A stretch of DNA of 64,000 nt from Euryarchaeota archaeon UBA251 (GTDB lineage: Archaea > Thermoplasmatota > Poseidoniia > Poseidoniales > Thalassarchaeaceae), in the NCBI GenBank assembly GCA_002497905.1, contig DAFJ01000085.1, positions 15,993 through 79,992 on the forward strand, in the 5' to 3' direction. A program made the position numbers and the translations under genes. Shown in pieces: positions 49,285 to 57,985 of the stretch. Position 1 is the first letter of the stretch. The number at the start of each line of letters is the position of its first letter. The notes under the pieces were generated by a model that saw only the letters and a list, made by a program, of their open reading frames with translations, did not search any database and was not told the DNA's origin.

Positions 49285-50031
49285 ATGACCATGGGTGAGG
49301 TACCCGAATCTCATCCACGTCATGCTTCCCTTATGTCACGACAGCGACTTGTCGATGCTATGAAAGAGGGGCTCCTTGCTGATTCTGCTCTAATTGCTCA
49401 CGGCCGTGGGGAGGCCTTCGACTATCTACTCGGAGAACAAACCATGCCTGGTGCGACTATGGCTATCGATGAAGTTGCAGCAAGGCTCCTTATCGCCAAA
49501 CAGCCGGTAATCTCTGTGAATGGCAACACTGTTGCCCTTGCCTGTGATGAACTTCTACAAATCGCCGATACACTCGGATGTCCCCTCGAAGTCAACATCT
49601 ACTATCGGACACCAGAACGAATGGCGGCGCTTCTCGGAAGAATTAGATCTCGTGCCACTGCTCTTAATCTGGATCATGTTGAGATTCTCGGTGCCAACCC
49701 AAATGGACGGATTCCTGGCCTTGATGGGCCGCGAGCGAATTGCTGCCAAGAGGGGATTCTTGGGGCAGATGCGGTTCTCGTCCCGCTTGAAGATGGAGAT
49801 CGATGCGAGGCGTTAGTAGCGATGGGGAAGCAAGTATTCGTGATTGATTTGAATCCACTATCAAGAACTGCGAAAACTGCGACAATATGCATCGTAGATG
49901 AAGTGCAACGTACATCATCTGCTCTTCTATCTAGACTCAGAAATCCAAAGGATTCTGACCCCCACTTCGATGCAGATGCTTCACGGCGTGCTGTCCTTGA
50001 AGTGATGCTCGGCGCATTGGAGCGGGATTAG
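49285..50031 (+). CDS. 4-phosphopantoate--beta-alanine ligase (archaeal phosphopantothenate synthetase, DUF137 family) candidate
   Basis: The HGRGEAFDYLLGE motif and overall size match the archaeal PPS family as I recall it. I placed the start at the internal Met (MTMGEVPESH) after the nadC stop. Confidence 0.5.
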   Translation: MTMGEVPESHPRHASLMSRQRLVDAMKEGLLADSALIAHGRGEAFDYLLGEQTMPGATMAIDEVAARLLIAKQPVISVNGNTVALACDELLQIADTLGCPLEVNIYYRTPERMAALLGRIRSRATALNLDHVEILGANPNGRIPGLDGPRANCCQEGILGADAVLVPLEDGDRCEALVAMGKQVFVIDLNPLSRTAKTATICIVDEVQRTSSALLSRLRNPKDSDPHFDADASRRAVLEVMLGALERD

Positions 50032-51221
50032 GCCGAAGTATAGTGCATTGCCAACATAGAAGCAACACGTGCACAGATGGCTTCGGAAACCTCGGATGTT
50101 GACGCTTCTCCGCCGAGATCATAGGTTAGGGTTCCTCCTTCACTAACCTGATTTTCGATGGCTGATTCAACAATTTCAGCTGCGACTGTTGCATCGGTAT
50201 CACCACTGCGCCGGCCAAGCCAATCGAGCATCATTTGCACACTACTCAACATAGCGATTGGATTTACCACACCTTTGCCAGCGTACTTTGGACTTGACCC
50301 ATGCACTGGTTCGAACATCATATGGTCATCACCAATGTTTGCACTCGCAGCCATACCCATACCACCCTGAAGTGTGCTTGCAAGATCAGTAGTGATGTCG
50401 CCAAACATGTTTGATGTCACAACCACATCGTAAAACTCCGGTTGACGAACCAACCACATGGTGAAGGCATCGATGTACGCCATATCTGTCTCGATGTCTG
50501 GATGATTTTCTGCAATTTCCAAATAGATAGAACGGAAAAGTTGGCAACCACGCGTAACATTGCTCTTGTCAATGCAACTCACTCTGGATGTTCCATCAGA
50601 AGGAGTCCCCGAGCGACGTTCCGCGATATCGAATGCAAAACGGATTACACGTTCAGAGCCCTTTCGGCTGATTGGACGGGGGTCCCAAGCAAACTCGCCA
50701 TCCATACCTGGAATCTCAATTTCAGGCACACTAGGATACGGAATACCCTGAGCCGCATGTGAAGACCTAGACAGAAGCGTCTGATACAGGCCTTCGGTGT
50801 TCTCACGGACAACGACCATGTCCACAAGGCCCGGAGACCAAACCTGTTTGAAACCCCCATGGATCTTGTGTTGTATGCCCTTGTACAGTTTGATTGGACG
50901 GACATTGGCGTATAGGTCCAAGCCAGAACGAAGGCCAAGAATGACCTGCCCGCCAGCTAAGTCGCCATTTGGCATTGTGGCACCAGGCCACCCAATCGCT
51001 CCGAGAAGGATTGCGTCTGATTCATCTCGGCAATATTCGAAGGAACCCTCTGGCCATTCTTCGCCGGTCTCAAGATAATGCTGACCACCACATTGAATCT
51101 CTGTAATTTGAAAGGTCAACGGAGAGTTCGATTCAATGGTCCTAAGCAACTTCATGGCTTCGGTCATGACCTCTCGGCCGGTTCCGTCCCCGGGCAGAGT
51201 CGTAATCCGATGAAGGGTCAT
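50028..51221 (-). CDS. Isocitrate / 3-isopropylmalate dehydrogenase family protein
   Basis: Signature NMFGDITTDLASTLQGGMGMAASANIG and the N-terminus TTLPGDGTGREV. I placed the start at the internal Met (MTLHRITTL). Substrate assignment between IDH, IPMDH and TDH is not resolved. Confidence 0.8.
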   Translation of the reverse strand: MTLHRITTLPGDGTGREVMTEAMKLLRTIESNSPLTFQITEIQCGGQHYLETGEEWPEGSFEYCRDESDAILLGAIGWPGATMPNGDLAGGQVILGLRSGLDLYANVRPIKLYKGIQHKIHGGFKQVWSPGLVDMVVVRENTEGLYQTLLSRSSHAAQGIPYPSVPEIEIPGMDGEFAWDPRPISRKGSERVIRFAFDIAERRSGTPSDGTSRVSCIDKSNVTRGCQLFRSIYLEIAENHPDIETDMAYIDAFTMWLVRQPEFYDVVVTSNMFGDITTDLASTLQGGMGMAASANIGDDHMMFEPVHGSSPKYAGKGVVNPIAMLSSVQMMLDWLGRRSGDTDATVAAEIVESAIENQVSEGGTLTYDLGGEASTSEVSEAICARVASMLAMHYTSA

Positions 51222-51337
51222 GTGAGGGGCATCCGGTCCACCTTGATGAATGCCCCTGTCAGAGATTTGAATCAAAGTCGAGGGGTGCAACCTAACAGGG
51301 GAATCGTTCATAGACGGAGATACCAAGTCGACTGGCT

Positions 51338-51934
51338 ATGGATGAACTCGGTTCCTCAGAGGATTCAACCTCTGGGAGGATTAATCCTTCATCCTTACCC
51401 CAAGTGGTCCGAGATCTTTGGGAGAGTATGCTCAGAATTGACCCTAACTGGAGTTTTGAAGATTGGCTCGTTTCTCGCGCAGAAGAAGAATCAGAACTAC
51501 TTGTCTCAAAACTCAATGATGAGGCCCTAAGGCTAGAACATCGTCGACACAGGGTTGAACGTCTTATCGAGCGTGTCCAACGCCAGATTAGTGAGCCGAA
51601 ACGCATCTCTGACCCTCATCAAAAGAATCTTTTCGAGGCATACAATGAGCCAGTGAAGATTCCTATCGAGATTCAGAAGGCAGAGGCGCCAATCGACGAA
51701 ACCATTGATGATATCGAAGATGGGATTGATGATCCTATTCTCCACATTTGTTGTGAGCACATCCTTCAGGAAATGGAAGAGGCGAGTGATGGAGCAGCAC
51801 ACGAAGATGACCTCATGGAAATCTGTGCGGCTGTTGGATTCGATGAATCTGAAGTACGTGAAGCAATTGAACACCTAGTTGTTGCAAATCAGATTTCTCA
51901 CCTAGGTGATGGGCTCTACAGCTTCGCAGATTGA
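51338..51934 (+). CDS. Acidic hypothetical protein with a coiled-coil N-region and a C-terminal winged-helix-like domain
   Basis: 198 aa, very acidic. The C-terminal approximately 60 aa (DLMEICAAVGFDESEVREAIEHLVVANQISHLGDGLYSF) resemble a wH fold. No family assigned. Confidence 0.4.
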   Translation: MDELGSSEDSTSGRINPSSLPQVVRDLWESMLRIDPNWSFEDWLVSRAEEESELLVSKLNDEALRLEHRRHRVERLIERVQRQISEPKRISDPHQKNLFEAYNEPVKIPIEIQKAEAPIDETIDDIEDGIDDPILHICCEHILQEMEEASDGAAHEDDLMEICAAVGFDESEVREAIEHLVVANQISHLGDGLYSFAD

Positions 51935-51991
51935 TGGGGCCCGGGGGGTCCCCATCGACTGGTCATATACCATGAGGCACGAATGTAAATC

Positions 51992-52762
51992 ATGCCGAGG
52001 ACTCGAGCGCTCCTAATCGGAATCGCTGGGGCTGGACTTCTCATTCAAGAGTACCCTCGTGGCCATTTCGCAGCTGTGACATTTGGGATCGTGTTGATGA
52101 TTTTAGCGGATGCTCCACATCACGCAAGTCGGCATCGACATTTCAGAAAAATGTCCTCGATGCAATCTAAGGATATGGAACGACTGAATAGACAATTGCG
52201 ATCAAACCGTCGCGCATACATCGATCTTGAGCATTCGGCCCAGTCGATGCAAGCGGAATTAGAGCGTAGAGATGCTGTTGGCGCTCCTGAAGCTCGACGC
52301 CTGTTGGATGAGCAAAGGCGTGCAATGTCGCTCCAATCCGAGGCATTGAGAGACGCGAAGCGGATGCTGTCCCAACAGCATCGAGTCATGCAACAGAATC
52401 AATCGCTACTTGATCGGATTAGCACAACCCAGGACAATGGAGTGGAACGATGGGAGCAGATGATGGTAAGCATCGAACGACTCCTTGATGGTCAAGCGCG
52501 AAGGACAGAGACCGTTCATGCACGTGTAATGGCAGATACTCGGCGCTCTAACGATGAGGTTACACGAAATAATCGAACCATTCAGGACATTCTCTCTGAA
52601 ATCGTGACACAGATGGTGCGTATCCCTCGAGAACAAACCATCCAACTGAACGATTCTGTTCTAATGTCGGATGCAAAGGATGCTATCGGAATTCGGCTTC
52701 CCGAGCTTCCCACTCAAAATATTGACTCATGGGTCCGAGCACTTGAAGAGGACCTTGGCTGA
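51992..52762 (+). CDS. Membrane-anchored coiled-coil protein, hypothetical
   Basis: 256 aa. An N-terminal TM helix pair is followed by a long R/Q/E-rich predicted coiled coil. Confidence 0.4.
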   Translation: MPRTRALLIGIAGAGLLIQEYPRGHFAAVTFGIVLMILADAPHHASRHRHFRKMSSMQSKDMERLNRQLRSNRRAYIDLEHSAQSMQAELERRDAVGAPEARRLLDEQRRAMSLQSEALRDAKRMLSQQHRVMQQNQSLLDRISTTQDNGVERWEQMMVSIERLLDGQARRTETVHARVMADTRRSNDEVTRNNRTIQDILSEIVTQMVRIPREQTIQLNDSVLMSDAKDAIGIRLPELPTQNIDSWVRALEEDLG

Positions 52763-52767
52763 ATTCA

Positions 52768-53454
52768 GTGGACATGAGCGACATCGATGAGGGCATCGAT
52801 GAGGGGTTGGCATCCTTAGAAGATAGGGCCCGGAACGCAGAAGTTGAGTTCACAAGGACGATGCGGCGCCTCGTTATTGGTATCGTCACTCAAATTGCGC
52901 TCGTCGGTCTAATCATCATGATATTCGACATCGGTCCACTTATCGATGCGGTTGGAGTTCCAGTTGCTTTCCTCATCGGCTTCCTTTTCCCAATGCTCCT
53001 CATTATTGCATGGGCAGGTGCGGATCACCAAGTACGAATGGAGCCGATGGTGGAAGAAGAAGAACATGAAATTGAGGCGGTTGTCGATCGGATTATCGAA
53101 GATGCACCAGACAACCCTCTGCAGAAGACTATGTCTCCATCAGGAGGGGCAGTATACATGACCCGAGGACGAGATCCAAAGGGTGTCGCTGAAGGTGGAG
53201 GGGCAGATACCTTCGACCCTAGAAATCCACAAATTGATGGAATGGATTTGCGGCCTGAACATGAAGGGCTAGAAGGGGAACTAAGGAAAAGTCACGAAGT
53301 CAAAATCGAGGCTGACGAAATTGTTGCAGAAGAAGCGCAGAAAGCTTGGGAAGAGGCTGAGAGGAATGACCTCGAACTCATAGAAGCAGGAGTGGGGCGT
53401 TTGGGTGATCTAGTTGGTACTGGACATTTCGGTGGACGCACTCCTGAAAACTGA
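52768..53454 (+). CDS. Membrane protein with an acidic C-terminal domain, hypothetical
   Basis: 228 aa. Two TM helices (aa 30-80) are followed by an E-rich tail. It lies 6 bp after the preceding ORF, which suggests an operon with 51338-52762. Confidence 0.4.
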   Translation: MDMSDIDEGIDEGLASLEDRARNAEVEFTRTMRRLVIGIVTQIALVGLIIMIFDIGPLIDAVGVPVAFLIGFLFPMLLIIAWAGADHQVRMEPMVEEEEHEIEAVVDRIIEDAPDNPLQKTMSPSGGAVYMTRGRDPKGVAEGGGADTFDPRNPQIDGMDLRPEHEGLEGELRKSHEVKIEADEIVAEEAQKAWEEAERNDLELIEAGVGRLGDLVGTGHFGGRTPEN

Positions 53455-53489
53455 TTGTAAAGCCGTGAAAGACCATTTACCGGAGTCTG

Positions 53490-54287
53490 GTGAAGAATAC
53501 CATGGCACCCCCGCCAATGAAAGCGGTACTCGTGGCTGGTGGACTCGGTTCTCGCATGCTACCTTTCACACGATACATGCACAAAGCCATGCTTCCGTTA
53601 TACCATCGTCCTGTCATCGATTTTGCTCTCGGATTCATTCGACGTTCGGGTATCAAGGATATCACAATCATCGGAAATCGTTTCATTGGTCAAATCGCTC
53701 AACACGTTGGTGTTGGACTTCCTGGAGAAAATATTCACTATGTAATTGAGGAAAAACCGCAAGGTGTTGCATATGCCCTGAATCTCGCACGACCGCATAT
53801 CGAAGGAAGTCGATTGATGGTCTATTTCTCCGACAATATCACCACCGCTGAACTCACCGAAGAGGCAAGACATTGGAAAACCTCAGAGGAACCCCCGGGA
53901 TGTTTGCTTCTTGGACGCTCGGTCGAAGACCCGCGTGCCTTTGGAGTGGCTGTACTCGATGAAGAAGGACATCTCTTAGATATCGTCGAGAAGCCAGAAA
54001 ATCCACCAAGTGACCTTGCAATTGGGGGCATCTACCTCTATGACGAGCGCTTTTGGGAACTGCTTGACGAATGCTACGGCACCGAAAAAGAAGGGTTCTC
54101 CATCACCGATCTAAACAAGAAATACATCGAACTTGGTGCAGCACAAATGAAGGATTTAGGTGATGAGGAATGGCTTGATTGTGGGACTGCTGATGCTCTG
54201 TTAAGGGCATCTGCGCTTGCAAAAGAGGGGCGGCTATCGCCTGAACCGTGCAATCTTCGGGAAAAAGATCCAATACCGCGAAAGTGA
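53490..54287 (+). CDS. Sugar-phosphate nucleotidyltransferase (glucose-1-phosphate thymidylyl/uridylyltransferase-like)
   Basis: N-terminal motif KAVLVAGGLGSRMLPFTRYMHKAMLPLYHRPVIDFAL (G-x-G-T/S-R-L). Size of 265 aa fits the RmlA-like family without a C-terminal LbH domain. Confidence 0.75.
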   Translation: MKNTMAPPPMKAVLVAGGLGSRMLPFTRYMHKAMLPLYHRPVIDFALGFIRRSGIKDITIIGNRFIGQIAQHVGVGLPGENIHYVIEEKPQGVAYALNLARPHIEGSRLMVYFSDNITTAELTEEARHWKTSEEPPGCLLLGRSVEDPRAFGVAVLDEEGHLLDIVEKPENPPSDLAIGGIYLYDERFWELLDECYGTEKEGFSITDLNKKYIELGAAQMKDLGDEEWLDCGTADALLRASALAKEGRLSPEPCNLREKDPIPRK

Positions 54288-54320
54288 CGCGTTAGAACTT
54301 ACAAGATAGAGAAGGAGGAT

Positions 54321-55151
54321 TTGTGCATGAAAGTGGGTATAATTGGAGCTGGGATTGTTGGAGGAGCTATCGAACACTGGTTCGGACCTGTTCACGATTT
54401 ATTCATCCATGATCCTGTTAGAGGAACAACACTTGCCGATGTAACCAATCATGTGGATATGGCTTACATCGCTGTTCCAACGCCAATGTCAGATACAGAC
54501 GGATCTTGTGATCTCTCGATTGTAACCTCCATCCTCGGCGAGCTCCCTGATGGCTTCACAGCTGTAATCAAAAGTACAGTTGTACCAGGTACAACGCAAC
54601 GTTTCCATGAAGAGTATCCACACCTCAAGATTGCTTATTCCCCTGAATTCCTTGTCGAAAGAAGACACTTGGAAGATTTCGGGAATCAGGATATCCTTGT
54701 CTGTGGAACACATCATGCAGATGTAGCTGAACGTGTCTTCCAACAGCATCGTGAAGCAGGCGTTATCAAATCAGATCAGACCTTTCATGTCGAGCCGGCA
54801 GTCGCTGAAATGGTGAAATATTCGAAAAACACCTTTTACGCTCTCAAGGTCATCTTTGCGAACCAAATGTACGACATTTGTCAAGGCCTTAATGCGGATT
54901 GGTACAAAGTAAGTGAAATCATCACAGCACCCCAAGCTCAACCGATTGGGCCATCCCATCTCGATCCTATCTTTGGTTTGAATCGAGGGTTTGGAGGGAA
55001 GTGCCTTCCAAAGGATAGCAATGCTCTCCGTGTGCTTGCTAGTAATCTCGGTGTGAAGTATGATTGGATGGAGGCGATTCAATCGGACAATGCCCGCTTA
55101 CGGTCTATTCTCACGGGGAAACCATCAGATGTCACGACCAACGATGATTGA
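54321..55151 (+). CDS. UDP-glucose/GDP-mannose dehydrogenase family protein that apparently lacks the C-terminal UDP-binding domain
   Basis: NAD-binding N-terminus ([14 protein letters not shown]) and the catalytic Cys motif [10 protein letters not shown]. The ORF terminates at 276 aa, whereas family members are about 420-450 aa. Confidence 0.6.
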   Translation: MCMKVGIIGAGIVGGAIEHWFGPVHDLFIHDPVRGTTLADVTNHVDMAYIAVPTPMSDTDGSCDLSIVTSILGELPDGFTAVIKSTVVPGTTQRFHEEYPHLKIAYSPEFLVERRHLEDFGNQDILVCGTHHADVAERVFQQHREAGVIKSDQTFHVEPAVAEMVKYSKNTFYALKVIFANQMYDICQGLNADWYKVSEIITAPQAQPIGPSHLDPIFGLNRGFGGKCLPKDSNALRVLASNLGVKYDWMEAIQSDNARLRSILTGKPSDVTTNDD

Positions 55152-55198
55152 GATACATTCGACGGCAGATTGATGGGGAGCAACACGAAGCCGGTCGC

Positions 55199-55636
55199 AT
55201 GCTTCCGGACACGCTGCACACCCTTCCTCAGAATGAGAGGTTCGCTTACGCCAAACTCTTGGCCTATATCACAAAGGTCGATGATGAAGTCACGGTCGAT
55301 GAAATGGCCATGTTTGAACAGCGAATGGGGACCGCGCTTCTCTCTCCAAATCAGCGGTCAGCGATCCGAGACTACCTCAAAAATCCACCAACGCTAAAAG
55401 AATGCATTAGTGACCTAAAGGAATCCACAGATGGACGCGCGGGTAAACTCGCACTACGTGATTCAATCATGATGTCGGCTGCTGATGGAACCGTAGACGA
55501 AGATGAGTTCGAAGTCCTCGGTAAGATCGCCGCTGGACTTGGGATGGAGGAAAGCGTTGTCGACGATCTCCTCGACTGGGTGATGGAAGGTTACGATTGG
55601 ATGGAACGAGGGCTTACGATCCTCAATGCTTCTTGA
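55199..55636 (+). CDS. TerB-like domain protein, copy 1 of a tandem paralogous pair
   Basis: I placed the start at MLPDTLHTLPQ, parallel to the paralog's MLPDVIDRLDE. The motifs AYITKVDDEVTVDE and SAADGTVDEDEFEVLGKIAAGLGM fit the TerB-fold pattern (A.ADG....E...L). Confidence 0.5.
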   Translation: MLPDTLHTLPQNERFAYAKLLAYITKVDDEVTVDEMAMFEQRMGTALLSPNQRSAIRDYLKNPPTLKECISDLKESTDGRAGKLALRDSIMMSAADGTVDEDEFEVLGKIAAGLGMEESVVDDLLDWVMEGYDWMERGLTILNAS

Positions 55637-55645
55637 GGTGGACGA

Positions 55646-56110
55646 TTGCTGCCTGATGTCATCGATCGACTCGATGAGCACGATCGAGAAGGTTATGTTC
55701 GCATTCTTATCTCTCTAGCCGGTGCAGATGGTACTCTTGTTCGTGAAGAAACCGCTGCAATCGAGGCTGCAATGGGGCGTGCACTAATCTCGCCACATCG
55801 CCGGAACGTACTCCGACAAGAGTTGAAGAGAAGCATCAATCTCTCAGAGATAATCGATGGGATGGGAATCCCTGCATTGCGCCTAGCTCTGAGGGATGCT
55901 GCCATTGTCGGGGCCTGTGATGGCGAGTTCCAAGAAGAAGAAATCGAATTTTTGAAGCGTCTCGCGGTTCATGCAGATGTGGATGAAGAGACCCTGGCTA
56001 AGGTTCTCAAATGGGTAGATCAAGGATGGACTTGGATTGAAAAATCTCGGCGTTTCCTTGGAATCAGAAACCAAGATTTTGGGAAATATGCAAAAAATGA
56101 CGATGATTAG
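55646..56110 (+). CDS. TerB-like domain protein, copy 2 of a tandem paralogous pair
   Basis: 154 aa. It aligns with copy 1 along its length (ILISLAGADGTLVREE...; GACDGEFQEEEIEFLKRLAVHADV). Confidence 0.5.
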   Translation: MLPDVIDRLDEHDREGYVRILISLAGADGTLVREETAAIEAAMGRALISPHRRNVLRQELKRSINLSEIIDGMGIPALRLALRDAAIVGACDGEFQEEEIEFLKRLAVHADVDEETLAKVLKWVDQGWTWIEKSRRFLGIRNQDFGKYAKNDDD

Positions 56111-56263
56111 GATTCAACTGCTAAAATAACTGAGGGTACAAAGAAATAATTCCAGTTTCCGCGAATTCAATTTCATTTCTCAGAGGTTGCATAACTCCCC
56201 AATAAGGCAGATTCTTCATAGGGTAGAACTTCACATCGCGACACCTAGCACGAGCGATTCGGG

Positions 56264-56860
56264 GTGAGCGGTAGTATGGGAGTTCACCCGAAGATTGGAA
56301 TCACAGGTCTTCCGCGTAGTGGAAAATCTGCTGTGATGCAGAAGGTAATCGAAATGCTCGTCAACGATAGGACGGGGGAGATACGTGCACGTGGTGAGAA
56401 CCCGGATACAATTCGAATTATTGCTGGAATGCGAACAGAACCTCTCATTGAAGATGGTGAACGCAAAGGATACCGATGTATCGATATCGTTACTGGAGAA
56501 GAAGCCGTCATGGCTCACAAAGACATCGACACCCGGACACGCGTATTCGGATTTGGCATCGATAAGGAAACGATGAACACTGTCGCGATCCCTGCAATCA
56601 GAACTGCAATGGAAGAGGCCGAGGTCATCGTAATCGACGAAATCGGAAAGTTTAGTGTTGAGTCCGAAGAATTTGTCGAGATTGTTCGAGCAGCGCTTGA
56701 ACTCGACAAGCCGACGGTTATGACACTCGCCAAGAAATCACGACATCCACTTCTTCAGGACATCCGTAGAAGGGATGATGCACGAATACTTGAGGTGACC
56801 CCAGTCAATCGAGCTCTGCTTCCATACAAAATTCACAAGCTAATGCGCGAGACCTACTAA
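56264..56860 (+). CDS. Nucleoside-triphosphatase THEP1 family (archaeal NTPase)
   Basis: Walker A GITGLPRSGKS and Walker B-like VIVIDEIGKF. Size of about 190 aa is typical of THEP1/MJ1559. Confidence 0.65.
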   Translation: MSGSMGVHPKIGITGLPRSGKSAVMQKVIEMLVNDRTGEIRARGENPDTIRIIAGMRTEPLIEDGERKGYRCIDIVTGEEAVMAHKDIDTRTRVFGFGIDKETMNTVAIPAIRTAMEEAEVIVIDEIGKFSVESEEFVEIVRAALELDKPTVMTLAKKSRHPLLQDIRRRDDARILEVTPVNRALLPYKIHKLMRETY

Positions 56861-56900
56861 CGGCCGTTGACTTCATGCATAGGATAGCGAGTCTAGAGTC

Positions 56901-57281
56901 ATGGATACGCCTGCTCGGACCATTGAGAGGTTGTTCACTCTAGCCGCCGTTGGTTCAGCCTTCGGTGCTGGTTTTCTATTGCTTGAGTCATCCACTTGTA
57001 ACGACAGTCTCGACGTTGCAATTACTTGTGCTGAGTCCGCATCGGTGGACGTCGGGCGTGTTCTTCTTGCAATCGCTGCTCTACTAGGGCTTGTTGTTAC
57101 TCAAGCATGGTTCGCACGCTCATCGAATCGAAGTTCATGGATTTCAATGATCTTCGACGACCGTACCGAGGAAGATGTTCGTCTTGATGCTGATTCAATA
57201 ACCGACGATGTCGAAGATATGGGTGAAGGATGGGCGAAGCTCGAGGAACAGATGCTCACAAATCGTATTGAAGAAGAATGA
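56901..57281 (+). CDS. Small 2-TM membrane protein with an acidic tail, hypothetical
   Basis: 126 aa. Hydrophobic segments are LFTLAAVGSAFGAGFLLL and VLLAIAALLGLVVTQAWF. Confidence 0.35.
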   Translation: MDTPARTIERLFTLAAVGSAFGAGFLLLESSTCNDSLDVAITCAESASVDVGRVLLAIAALLGLVVTQAWFARSSNRSSWISMIFDDRTEEDVRLDADSITDDVEDMGEGWAKLEEQMLTNRIEEE

Positions 57282-57285
57282 ATGG

Positions 57286-57359
57286 AGCACAGGAGGGGAT
57301 TCGAACCCCTGTAAAATGGATTTGCAGTCCATCGCGTAACCGGGCTTTGCTACCTGTGC
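57286..57359 (-). tRNA. tRNA-Cys (anticodon GCA); CCA appears genome-encoded at 57283-57285
   Basis: Minus-strand sequence is GCACAGG-TA-[D arm]-ATGGA-CTGCAAA-TCCAT-TTTAC-AGGGG-TTCGAAT-CCCCT-CCTGTGC-T-CCA. The acceptor stem is 7/7, the anticodon stem 5/5 and the T-stem 5/5 with a TTCGAAT loop. The anticodon loop CTGCAAA gives anticodon GCA. The D-stem pairing is imperfect. Confidence 0.8.
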
Positions 57360-57439
57360 GTTGTCCGCTCGTGAGTGCCGTCGTATATCAAAACCACGAG
57401 CGTTTTCTACATGTCAAAATTCGGTATTCGACCATCCAG

Positions 57440-57946
57440 ATGAACTTGAGAAATCCATCGGCTTCATATGGGCCCCAAGTGGTTCTCGTTCTCATGACAC
57501 CTGCAGGGGGCGAAGGTCAACTTCAGGTCCAAGAGTTCCTCGATGGTATCTCAGACCTCGATTTGAACACAAAAACCCGTGATTGGTATACAATGGACGT
57601 CTCTACAATGATCCAGGATATTGACATCGTCGATCACGAGATTGATGACGAGACCGGGTGCTCCCTTCTCTTCTTACGAAACAGCGTCATACACTGCTGT
57701 CCAGATTCTCAGCGTATCAAACACTATCCCAAGCATCTAATCCACTGTTTTGTTGAGAATCGTTCAGGCCGAAGACCGCTTTCCGAGAACAGTAATGCCT
57801 CTAAAGACCCTGTTTTCTTCGCTGAACTATTCTCCATTTCACCCTGTGAAGAACAATTGAATTGGAGCGTGGGATCCCATCTTGAAGGCGATGTTCCTCG
57901 ACTCCAAGCGAGAACTGCACGTTGGCTTAGATATCTCAATTCCTGA
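57440..57946 (+). CDS. Hypothetical protein (168 aa)
   Basis: The track ORF 57278-57946 overlaps the tRNA-Cys gene. The first ATG downstream of the tRNA is at 57440 (MNLRNPSASYG...). No family recognised. Confidence 0.4.
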   Translation: MNLRNPSASYGPQVVLVLMTPAGGEGQLQVQEFLDGISDLDLNTKTRDWYTMDVSTMIQDIDIVDHEIDDETGCSLLFLRNSVIHCCPDSQRIKHYPKHLIHCFVENRSGRRPLSENSNASKDPVFFAELFSISPCEEQLNWSVGSHLEGDVPRLQARTARWLRYLNS

Positions 57947-57985
57947 TTCGCTTGATTCATGAACCCATCACGAGAAGGCCTGCGC

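Noticed and set aside
54321-55151. Frameshifted pseudogene explanation for the short UDP-sugar dehydrogenase
   Set aside because: The downstream frames encode the TerB-like proteins, not the missing UDP-binding domain. No remnant of the GDP/UDP-binding domain is visible in any frame after 55151, so a clean truncation or domain loss is more likely than a simple frameshift. It is kept as a CDS with a note.
56111-56263. AT-rich 150-bp gap upstream of the THEP1 gene as a possible small RNA
   Set aside because: It has no stable hairpins or conserved boxes. It is more simply a promoter/UTR region, since AT-rich BRE/TATA-like stretches are present.
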